A DNA stretch of 64,000 nucleotides from Promethearchaeota archaeon (GTDB taxonomy: Archaea; Asgardarchaeota; Lokiarchaeia; Sigyniarchaeales; SOKP01). Of the stretch, positions 18,777 through 27,461 are shown in pieces. The notes beneath the pieces were generated by a model. It made no database searches, had not been told where the DNA came from, and saw only the letters and a program-made list of their open reading frames with translations. Each line of letters begins with the position of its first letter. The first letter of the stretch is position 1. The DNA lies in contig JAHPZA010000010.1 of the NCBI GenBank assembly GCA_019058445.1, positions 64,001 through 128,000 of the forward strand, given 5' to 3'. The position numbers and the translations under genes are program-made.

Positions 18777-18975
18777 AAATTGATTAGATTACACAATTTA
18801 AAACCTTTTTTTTTATGTTCATTTTCAGTATACATCTAAATATTTTAAAAATTTAAATATCCAGAATAAAGAATATGAATCTTTTATTCTATCGGTTATC
18901 TTTTTAAATCTTATTTATTTTTTAATTTCATATTATATTTATTTTTTAATCATTTATTGAAAATGCGGATCAAAT

Positions 18976-21831
18976 ATGACGATTAAAGAAGTATATCCTC
19001 ATGCAATGAGTATTGATGAAGTTACAAAATCACTGGACACGTCACTCAGCACGGGAATATCGGAACAAGAAGCTAATAAACGATTAGATGAATATGGTTT
19101 AAATGAATTAATCCAAAGAAAAAAAATCTCTCCATTTACTATTTTTATTGGACAATTTAAAGATTTTCTCGTTTATTTACTATTTTTTGCAATAAGTATT
19201 TCGATAATAGTAGGCTTTTATGAGCTTTCCAGGGGTGAAAATCCCTCAGAATTCTTAGATGCCTTAGTTATTTTCATTATTTTAATTTTGAATGCAATTT
19301 TGGGATTTTATCAAGAATATAAGGCGGAAAAATCATTAGAAAGTTTGAAAAGGTTAGCACCTCATTACGCTAAGGTTAAAAGAGATGGTAAAATTAGACA
19401 AATCAGTGTTAAAGATGTAGTGCCTGGAGATGTTATTCAATTAGACGAGGGTGAAAAATTACCTGCTGACGCCCGGTTAACAAAAGCTTTCTCGTTATAT
19501 GTCGATGAAGCTATTCTTACTGGAGAGTCAAAACCAGTTCATAAAAATTTGGATTTATTGGACACAAAAACGATGTTAGCAGATAGAAAGAATTGTATTT
19601 ACAGCAATACAATAATAACAAGGGGTAATGGAGAGGCAATTGTAATCGCTACAGGGATGCAAACTGAAATTGGAAAAATTGCAGAAAAAATTCAAGAAGA
19701 GGAGCCAGAACCAAGTCCTTTCCAGCAAGAAGTTGATCGATTCGGGAAAATGCTTGGAAAAATGATTATGATTGTATGTTTTCTAGTATTTGCTATAGAA
19801 TTGGTAATTATCATAGCTTTTTCTGGAATTGGATTTCAGCAGGAAGAAACAGAAGAGATTATAAATGCATTAACAATTGCAATAAGCCTTGCAGTTTCTG
19901 CCGTACCAGAAGGATTGGTTGTAGTTATTACGGTTGTAATGAGTTTAGGAATGAGACGAATGGCTGATAAAAATGCCTTGGTAAAAACACTTACTGCTGT
20001 TGAGACTTTAGGACGTGTAAACGTCATATGCTCAGATAAAACAGGAACCTTAACTAAAAATGAAATGACAGTTGTAAGGACTTTTATAAATGATAAAGTC
20101 TATAAAGTAGATGGAGTGGGATATAATATAATCGGGACAATCCTTGATGAAAACAATAATGTCATTCAAGAAAATCTTAATCTACTACGTTTTTTAGAAG
20201 TTTGTATGTTCTGTAATAATTCAAGTGTAAATATCATTAATGATGAGGGAGATACGGAAGTTGTGGGTGATCCCACAGAAATTTCACTAAAAGTTTTAGC
20301 AATGAAAATGAATTTACCAACGAAAATAGAAAAAATCGATGAAATACCATTTAATTCAGATAGAAAAATGATGACTGTAATCGCAAGAATTAATGGAGAA
20401 TTATTTGCACTTATAAAAGGAGCACCAGATGTCTTGTTGAAAAAAGCAAGCAAGGTTTTACACCAAGATCAGGATGTACCAATAGAGAAAGCTGAAAAAA
20501 TTATTTTGGAGCAAAATGAATATTTTGCAAAAGAAGCCTTACGAGTGTTGGGAATAGCCTATAAACCTCTAATTGAAGGATATAATGAGGAAAAGGTTGA
20601 AGAAGATTTTATATTCTTAGGTTTAGTAGGAATCATCGATCCCGCTAGGGATGAAGTGAAAAGTTCTATTGAGGAAGCTAGGAATGCGGGTATCAGAACA
20701 ATAATGATAACTGGTGATCACAAAAGTACTGCGATTGCCATAGCAAAACAAATTGGATTAACAGATAATGAAAATGCGATTACTGGAGCAGAATTGGAAG
20801 AAATGTCTGATAATGAATTAGCACAAAGAGTAAAAACTACTGATGTTTTTGCGAGGGTAACTTCAGAACATAAACTTCGCATTCTAAACTCGTTAAAAGC
20901 TGAACAAGACATTGTTTCCATGACCGGAGATGGAGTAAATGATGCACCTGCAGTAAAAGGTGCTAATGTCGGAGTCGCGATGGGGCTAAAAGGAACTGAA
21001 GTTACCCAAGAGGCAGCAGATATGATCCTTATCGATGATAATTACACAACGATCGTTAATGCTATTGAAGAAGGACGTGGTATTTTCGCAACTACAAAGA
21101 GTTTTTTTAGGTATATGTTAAGCTGTAATTTTGATGAAATTTTCATGATTTTAACTGCTTGGATTTTAATGAAAATCTTTATTAATGTTTATTTAGCTCA
21201 ACCACTTGAAGCTATACAAATATTATGGCTAAATGTTGCAACTGATGGAATTCCAGCAATGGTACTTGGATTAACTCCAACAGAACCCGACGTTATGGGA
21301 TATAAACCTCGTAAAGGCTTTAATATGATCTCAGACATCAAAAAAGCAATCATATTTGCAGCAGTTTTTGCGGCAATAACTGATGTAGGATTATATGTAA
21401 TAGTATGGTGGCTAATTAGGGGCCCTACTGGAGATGGAGGAATTTGGATGAATTTAGATCCTCGATTAGTTAATGGAACAACTATTTGGGGGATTCACTA
21501 TTCAGCAGAAGAATATCAAATTGCTGTAGCACAATCAATTGTATTTACCAATGTAGTGTTTTTTGAATTATTTTTTGTATTTTCATGTACCTCTGAAACC
21601 AGACCTGTTTGGGAATTTCGAAATAAACATCTATTTTGGGCAACCGGACTTTCATTCACTTTACATTTAGTAATTCTATTTACGCCATTAGCAATTGCAT
21701 TTCATACAGTTCCAATGGATCGATGGTATCATTGGTTAGCTATCTTTTTAGGCTCTGTGTTTATCATTCCGGCTGAAGAAATGAGAAAATATTTAATTAG
21801 ACGAAAAAAGGCTACAGAAATAATATATTAA
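18976..21831 (+). CDS. P-type ATPase, P2A (SERCA-like Ca2+-transporting), tandem paralog
   Basis: Same motifs (TGES, PEGL, DKTGT, GDGVND, SCNFDE, NVATDG). Colinear with 15909..18776. Confidence 0.93.
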   Translation: MTIKEVYPHAMSIDEVTKSLDTSLSTGISEQEANKRLDEYGLNELIQRKKISPFTIFIGQFKDFLVYLLFFAISISIIVGFYELSRGENPSEFLDALVIFIILILNAILGFYQEYKAEKSLESLKRLAPHYAKVKRDGKIRQISVKDVVPGDVIQLDEGEKLPADARLTKAFSLYVDEAILTGESKPVHKNLDLLDTKTMLADRKNCIYSNTIITRGNGEAIVIATGMQTEIGKIAEKIQEEEPEPSPFQQEVDRFGKMLGKMIMIVCFLVFAIELVIIIAFSGIGFQQEETEEIINALTIAISLAVSAVPEGLVVVITVVMSLGMRRMADKNALVKTLTAVETLGRVNVICSDKTGTLTKNEMTVVRTFINDKVYKVDGVGYNIIGTILDENNNVIQENLNLLRFLEVCMFCNNSSVNIINDEGDTEVVGDPTEISLKVLAMKMNLPTKIEKIDEIPFNSDRKMMTVIARINGELFALIKGAPDVLLKKASKVLHQDQDVPIEKAEKIILEQNEYFAKEALRVLGIAYKPLIEGYNEEKVEEDFIFLGLVGIIDPARDEVKSSIEEARNAGIRTIMITGDHKSTAIAIAKQIGLTDNENAITGAELEEMSDNELAQRVKTTDVFARVTSEHKLRILNSLKAEQDIVSMTGDGVNDAPAVKGANVGVAMGLKGTEVTQEAADMILIDDNYTTIVNAIEEGRGIFATTKSFFRYMLSCNFDEIFMILTAWILMKIFINVYLAQPLEAIQILWLNVATDGIPAMVLGLTPTEPDVMGYKPRKGFNMISDIKKAIIFAAVFAAITDVGLYVIVWWLIRGPTGDGGIWMNLDPRLVNGTTIWGIHYSAEEYQIAVAQSIVFTNVVFFELFFVFSCTSETRPVWEFRNKHLFWATGLSFTLHLVILFTPLAIAFHTVPMDRWYHWLAIFLGSVFIIPAEEMRKYLIRRKKATEIIY

Positions 21832-21940
21832 TTTTTTTTTACTTATAAAATCCTTATTTAGTTAAAATTTTTTAAAAAAAATTACTTCACTTTATTTAAT
21901 AAATAATTATTCAAAATTAAAAGTTTAAGCTGAAATCAAA

Positions 21941-22954
21941 ATGAGTAGAGATATATCTGACGGTATTGAAGAGGGTAATATTGTAATAAAAGTCTTAACA
22001 TGTAATACAACAAGCATAACATTATTGACAGATAAAAAATTTGCTGGTAAAGTAATCCAACCTGATGTAAAAGCAAACAGAGCCGTAGCTGAACACGGTT
22101 TAGCAATGAGTATTAGAATAACAACAAATGATTCCAGTCATCATATTCTATTAGATACGGGAGGTTTAAATGGAACCTTTATGAAAAATTCTGAAAATTT
22201 AAAAGTAGATTTGAGCGATATAGAGAAGGTTATTTTGAGTCATGGTCATTTTGATCATTTCGGAGGATTAATGGATCTTATTCCTAAATTGAAATCAGGT
22301 GCTGAAATATATCTAAATCCAATTTGTTTTGAACCAAATCAAGTTGTACTTACTGCTGAAGGGGTTGAAATTCCTGCTGAAGAATTAGGACCAAATCTGA
22401 GAAAATTGGAAAAAGAAGGTAAAGTATTACGAACTGCTAAATTGCCCTCCCTTAATAAAAACTTAATTTTAGATCTTGCCAATCAGCATAACATAAAAAT
22501 TATTGAAACAAATAAACCTGAAAAATTATATGATGGGATAATTACGAGTGGTGAAATTGAGATTTTTGATGATGCTGAAGTTACTAAAGGTATTTATTTA
22601 GTTAAAAGTAGAAAAGAGCTTGAAGAGCATACTTTTAGGGATGAAACATCATTATATATTAATGTGAAAAATAAAGGATTAATTGTTCTTACTGGATGTG
22701 CCCATTCAGGTCTTCTTAATACTATAAAACACGGTCAAAAGTTAACAGGCATCGAAAAAGTATATGCAATAATAGGGGGCTTACATAAAGAATATGAAAG
22801 TGATGAAAATATTGAGAAAGCAGTAGAATTTATAGAAAAAATAAATCCAGAGGTAACATGTGGAATGCATTGCACAGGTTTTCGTTTTAATGCAGTAATG
22901 AAGCGACATCATTCTCATACTTTAGGAATTGTCGGAACTGAATTTCATTTATAG
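21941..22954 (+). CDS. MBL-fold metallo-hydrolase (AEHG/LDTG/SHGHxDH/GCAH family)
   Basis: AEHGLAM, LLDTG, LSHGHFDHFGG, TGCAHSG, GGLH, HCTG. Confidence 0.88.
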   Translation: MSRDISDGIEEGNIVIKVLTCNTTSITLLTDKKFAGKVIQPDVKANRAVAEHGLAMSIRITTNDSSHHILLDTGGLNGTFMKNSENLKVDLSDIEKVILSHGHFDHFGGLMDLIPKLKSGAEIYLNPICFEPNQVVLTAEGVEIPAEELGPNLRKLEKEGKVLRTAKLPSLNKNLILDLANQHNIKIIETNKPEKLYDGIITSGEIEIFDDAEVTKGIYLVKSRKELEEHTFRDETSLYINVKNKGLIVLTGCAHSGLLNTIKHGQKLTGIEKVYAIIGGLHKEYESDENIEKAVEFIEKINPEVTCGMHCTGFRFNAVMKRHHSHTLGIVGTEFHL

Positions 22955-23232
22955 CTCAATTATTCTTTTTTTCGTTTTCCTTTTTAATTCTTATCACATA
23001 TTCTATATAATATACTCTTTAAACAAGAATTCTATACTTATAGTAGAATTCTTTTTATGTGTAATATCATAAACCATAAAAACAACATTTTTAACTCTAC
23101 ATATAGGTATGCCTAACTAATTTGGACTATTTAAATTTGGGGATTGATGATAACCAAAGTTTTTTAACAAAAGTAACTTCACAAAATTTAATTAATAATT
23201 ATTCAAAATTAAAAGCTAAAGTTGAAATCAAA

Positions 23233-24249
23233 TTGAGTGTAGATATATCAGATGGTATTGAAAGTGGAAATGTAGAAATTAAGGTCTTGACAACGAACAC
23301 GGTAATATCAACTTTATTAACCGAAGAGAAGTTTCAGGGAAAAGTAATACAACCTCAAACTAATGGCAGTAAAATGATTGCAGAACATGGGCTCGCTATG
23401 AGTATAGAGATAACCGAAGGAGATACTAAAAAAATGTTTTTATTGGACACAGGAGGTCCAAAGAACACAGTGATTGAGAATGCTCAGTCGATGGGTATTG
23501 ATTTTAGCCAATACGACAAGCTTATTCTTAGCCATGGACACACGGATCATTATGGTGGAATGTTAAATGTTTTACCGAAATTAAAGGAGGGTTGTGAAAT
23601 AATTTTAACTCCTAACTCATATAATCAGCATATAATTTTAGTACCAAAGCTTGGAGATCCAATTTATACTCCCGAGCAATTAAACGAGAACTTTCGTGAT
23701 TTACAAAAACAAAATGCATTTAGGTTTAATTTCAAGCTCCCGCAATTAAAAAAATCGATGATCGATAATTTGGCAAACCAACACAAATTAAAATTAATTG
23801 AAACAACCGAACCGATAAAACTAGCAAAGGGGATAACAACCAGCGGAGAAATCGAAATATTTGATGAGAATGAAATTACAAAAGGAATGTATTTAATGGT
23901 AGGTAGAAAAGAATTCGCAAAAAACACATTTAGGGACGAGATTTCAATTTATATCAACGTAAAAGACAAGGGACTCGTAGTTATAACTGGTTGTGGTCAT
24001 ACAGGGGTAGTGAACACGATAAAACACGGACAAAAACTTACAGGCATAGAAAAAGTATATGCCGTTATTGGGGGATTTCATAAAGAATGGGAAACAACCG
24101 AAGATATTGAAGAATCTGTAAAATTTATTGAAAATTTAAATCCAGAGGTTACTTGTGGAATGCATTGCACGGGTTTTGAATTTAATAAGATTATGTCTAG
24201 GCACCCTTCCCATACGTTCGGAATAGCAGGTACCGTATTTCATTTATAA
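23233..24249 (+). CDS. MBL-fold metallo-hydrolase, tandem paralog (start revised to TTG 23233)
   Basis: Same motifs (SHGHTDH, GCGHTG, HCTG). TTG-SVDISDGIE aligns with ATG-SRDISDGIE of the paralog, and both follow TGAAATCAAA. Confidence 0.85.
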   Translation: MSVDISDGIESGNVEIKVLTTNTVISTLLTEEKFQGKVIQPQTNGSKMIAEHGLAMSIEITEGDTKKMFLLDTGGPKNTVIENAQSMGIDFSQYDKLILSHGHTDHYGGMLNVLPKLKEGCEIILTPNSYNQHIILVPKLGDPIYTPEQLNENFRDLQKQNAFRFNFKLPQLKKSMIDNLANQHKLKLIETTEPIKLAKGITTSGEIEIFDENEITKGMYLMVGRKEFAKNTFRDEISIYINVKDKGLVVITGCGHTGVVNTIKHGQKLTGIEKVYAVIGGFHKEWETTEDIEESVKFIENLNPEVTCGMHCTGFEFNKIMSRHPSHTFGIAGTVFHL

Positions 24250-24272
24250 TTAAAATATATTTTATTTTTTTA

Positions 24273-25361
24273 TTATTCTTCTTTAATTTCTCCAAAAGTT
24301 TTAAAAAAAAGTCCTATACCTATTAACTTAAAGGTATCTTGGACATTTATATTATTTAAGGCAGATGTTTCTATAAAAAAAGAGTTTAATTCTTCAGCTT
24401 TATTCATACCTTCTTCTTTAGAAACCTGCCTTTGCTCTTCTAAATCGATTTTATTACCAATTAGCACAAATGGAATGTTCCCTAATTCTTGTCGAGCATC
24501 CTTATGCCAGAAATCTATAGCCTCGTTAAATGTCTCTCTTCGAGTAATATCATATACTACAAAAACACACTTCGCTCCGGTATAATATTTATGCCTGATT
24601 AATTTAAAATATTCTTGACCTGCAAGATCATAAATCAGGAATTTAATTAAGTTATTTTTAAATCCTTGAAGATAATAGTGTTGAGTAGATATTGAGATTC
24701 CTAAAGTAGGTCGATAGTCTACAACTTGCTTTTTTTGAAGAAAACTATTAACTAAAGTTGTTTTACCTACCGCAGCAGAACCTAAAATTATGAGCTTAAA
24801 AGCATGCTTTCTTGGTTTATCGCTGCTGATATGATGTACTAATTTAACTTTTGAATCCATTGATGTTGATGAATCAACAGCGTGACGATTTAATTCTAAA
24901 GAGAAATCATCGCTAATATTTAAATCGGGAATTTCTAAACTACTATATTTAGGATCGAAACTATTTTCAAAGATCTGAGCAAGTTTCTCTACCACAAGAT
25001 AAGCAATTGGATAAAATTTATCTAAATCGATATTTGAAGCACAGACGCATAGTAAAATTGCTTCAGGTCCAGCTTCAAGATAAACAATCTGATTATTTTG
25101 AGCTTCAAATGAACCAGTACCAAAATGACCAATTTGATATTCTAATGGGATCTTGTTTAGTAATTCCTCTATAATTTCTGAAATCTCATGATTGTGCTGT
25201 TTTATTTCTTTTTCATCTGCTGCATCATCTAACTTCAAATCACCATACTTAGCAATTAAGAGACCTTGTCTAGAATAGAGAAATGCAATCTCAAGATCGT
25301 CTCGCGAAGTAATAAAATTCTTTAATACTTGAGAAATGCTTTCTTGTTTTCTTATTGCCAT
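24273..25361 (-). CDS. Roadblock/LC7-like domain fused to a Rab-like small GTPase
   Basis: N-terminal AFLYSRQGLLIA...QIVYLEAGPEAILLCV (roadblock pattern). C-terminal GSAAVGKT, YRPTLG, DLAGQE, NKID, ETSA. Confidence 0.85.
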   Translation of the reverse strand: MAIRKQESISQVLKNFITSRDDLEIAFLYSRQGLLIAKYGDLKLDDAADEKEIKQHNHEISEIIEELLNKIPLEYQIGHFGTGSFEAQNNQIVYLEAGPEAILLCVCASNIDLDKFYPIAYLVVEKLAQIFENSFDPKYSSLEIPDLNISDDFSLELNRHAVDSSTSMDSKVKLVHHISSDKPRKHAFKLIILGSAAVGKTTLVNSFLQKKQVVDYRPTLGISISTQHYYLQGFKNNLIKFLIYDLAGQEYFKLIRHKYYTGAKCVFVVYDITRRETFNEAIDFWHKDARQELGNIPFVLIGNKIDLEEQRQVSKEEGMNKAEELNSFFIETSALNNINVQDTFKLIGIGLFFKTFGEIKEE

Positions 25362-25526
25362 TTATCTCCCTAATAAGGGATAGTTTATCATAAAAAAAAA
25401 TCTTCTATTGTATTTCAGTCTTAAAATTAAATGTTTTCAATAATTTTAAATCTTTTTTAAAATTTAATTTATTAATAATTTAGACATATTAAAAGATAAT
25501 TCTATATAAGTAACGAGAGAATAAGA

Positions 25527-26216
25527 ATGAATATTGCTGAAGTTTTAAAGAATAAAATCGAGGCCGGTCAAAATGTTCTTACTGAATTTGAATCTAAAGA
25601 GCTTCTTGAAGAAATCGGTATAAAAATTCCTGCTCAGAATCTGACCAAAACTAAGGATGAAACTATAGCTGCCGCTGAAAAAATAGGTTTTCCCGTTGTA
25701 TTAAAACTTATGGCAGAAGATGTTGTTCATAAATCAGATACCGGAGCAGTGAAGCTAAATATTAAAAACAAAGAAGAAGTTGGAAGTGCCTATGACGATT
25801 TAATGAAAATTGAATCACAATCGGAAAAGCAAATATCAGTTCAAAAAATGGCCGATGAACCTATAACTGAATTGATTATTGGTATGACGACAGATGCCCA
25901 GTTCGGCCCAGCTTTAATGTTTGGGATAGGAGGTATTTTAGTGGAGCTTTTGGAAGATGTCAGTTTTAGAATCGCCCCTATTACCGAATATGATGCAAAA
26001 GAGATGATTCATGAAATCAAAGGCTTTCCCATTTTAGATGGATATCGAGGCAAGCCTAAAGCAGATATCAATGCAATTGTGGATACTTTGTTAAAAATAT
26101 CTGACCTCGTGGTAAAAAATGAGGAAATTTTTGAAATGGATTTAAATCCCGTATTTATTTACGAAAATGGATTACTCTGCGTTGATGCGAGGATTATCCT
26201 AAAAAAGAAAGAATAA
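25527..26216 (+). CDS. acdB: ADP-forming acetate/acyl-CoA ligase beta subunit (ATP-grasp)
   Basis: LTEFESKELL, IGFPVVLK, HKSDTGAV, FGPALMFGIGG, DLNPV, VDARI. Confidence 0.88.
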   Translation: MNIAEVLKNKIEAGQNVLTEFESKELLEEIGIKIPAQNLTKTKDETIAAAEKIGFPVVLKLMAEDVVHKSDTGAVKLNIKNKEEVGSAYDDLMKIESQSEKQISVQKMADEPITELIIGMTTDAQFGPALMFGIGGILVELLEDVSFRIAPITEYDAKEMIHEIKGFPILDGYRGKPKADINAIVDTLLKISDLVVKNEEIFEMDLNPVFIYENGLLCVDARIILKKKE

Positions 26217-26221
26217 TTCAA

Positions 26222-27133
26222 TTATATTTTTCTTCTATTTTTAAGAAATAATAGATCTAAAATCTCTTTATAACGTTTACATAGAGTTATATTTGTAATT
26301 CCTGCTACTTTAGCTATTTCTTTTTGGCTAATTTTTATATTTATATTTATCATTTTACAAACCAGATACAATGCGCTAGCAGCAATAACTCTTGGATCTT
26401 GACCAGTTGAGCAAGATCTTGATGTAAATGCTCTGATTATTTTTATTGTGGGAGATTCCACTTTTATATCTAAATGCAAATCCGAAATTAATCGTGGAAT
26501 GAATGATATTGGATCTGGAGGGGGTGGTTTTAAATTTAATTCTTTAATAAGAGCCTTATAGCAATGATATACTTTTTTTGAATTTTCATGCTTTAAGTCT
26601 GTTTTATTTGAAATCTCTTTTAATGATCTTGAAATTTGATTTACTCTACAAACGTAAAATATACAAGCAGCAACCATTCCATTAATACTTCTCCCGCTTA
26701 GTATATTATTTTTAAGATATCTTTTATATAATGCCATTGCCATATCTTTAACATAATTTGGTAATCTCAAACCTGCTGTAATTCGTTTTATTTCATTACC
26801 AGCAATAATTATATTTTTTTCATGCCATTCAATCAATTTATCCTTTTTTGCTGCTCTTTTCAAATCTGGATTTCTAATTTTATTAGTTTTTATAATTGTG
26901 CTATGGTTAAGATTTGAGAAAATGGTTTGAGGGGGTCCTGTTATAATTTTTTTTTCCATTTCTTCTGAAGTAAAAAATCTCGTGCCAAAGCTGAAATTTA
27001 CAATATTTCTTTCACTTATTATCAATCCACAATTATTACAGACAATTTCTCCTTTTTCTTTTATAAAAGTATCTTTGCCACCGCATTCGAGACATTCTGA
27101 TTTCTCTATAGTTGGAGGAGAGTCTGCTTCCAT
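26222..27133 (-). CDS. tfb: Transcription initiation factor IIB (TFB) paralog
   Basis: Zn ribbon CLECG...CNNCG and two cyclin repeats (GRSINGMVAACIF, GQDPRVIAASALY, SQKEIAKVAGIT). Confidence 0.85.
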   Translation of the reverse strand: MEADSPPTIEKSECLECGGKDTFIKEKGEIVCNNCGLIISERNIVNFSFGTRFFTSEEMEKKIITGPPQTIFSNLNHSTIIKTNKIRNPDLKRAAKKDKLIEWHEKNIIIAGNEIKRITAGLRLPNYVKDMAMALYKRYLKNNILSGRSINGMVAACIFYVCRVNQISRSLKEISNKTDLKHENSKKVYHCYKALIKELNLKPPPPDPISFIPRLISDLHLDIKVESPTIKIIRAFTSRSCSTGQDPRVIAASALYLVCKMININIKISQKEIAKVAGITNITLCKRYKEILDLLFLKNRRKI

Positions 27134-27461
27134 ACGAAAGGCCTTTTGATTTTATTTTAAAAAAAGAGTTGAATTAAATTTTTAAGAGAAGTCTATAATG
27201 TATATAAAAAATATTATATATAAACTCACTTTAGTATTAAGCAAAATAATTTTTGATTCGCTTAAAACTAATAAATTTTTCAAATGAGTTCAAAAAAATT
27301 TTTAACAAATTTTTATTGTAGAATTAATCATTTATATAGCTAAATTTTAAAATAATATTTAATCCTATAGTTTACTATATTTTGTAAACTATTTTTCAAA
27401 AGGAATAAAAACTTAAATAAAATAAATCTAAAAATAAAAACCTTCGGGGATTAAAATTTAT

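Noticed and set aside
16655-20921. Several antisense or alternate-frame ORFs within the two P-type ATPases, some similar to each other
   Set aside because: Their similarity only mirrors the paralogous sense genes. They have no independent coding signal.
23122-23232. 37-aa N-terminal extension of the second MBL hydrolase
   Set aside because: It corresponds to the duplicated non-coding upstream region. The paralog alignment puts the start at 23233.
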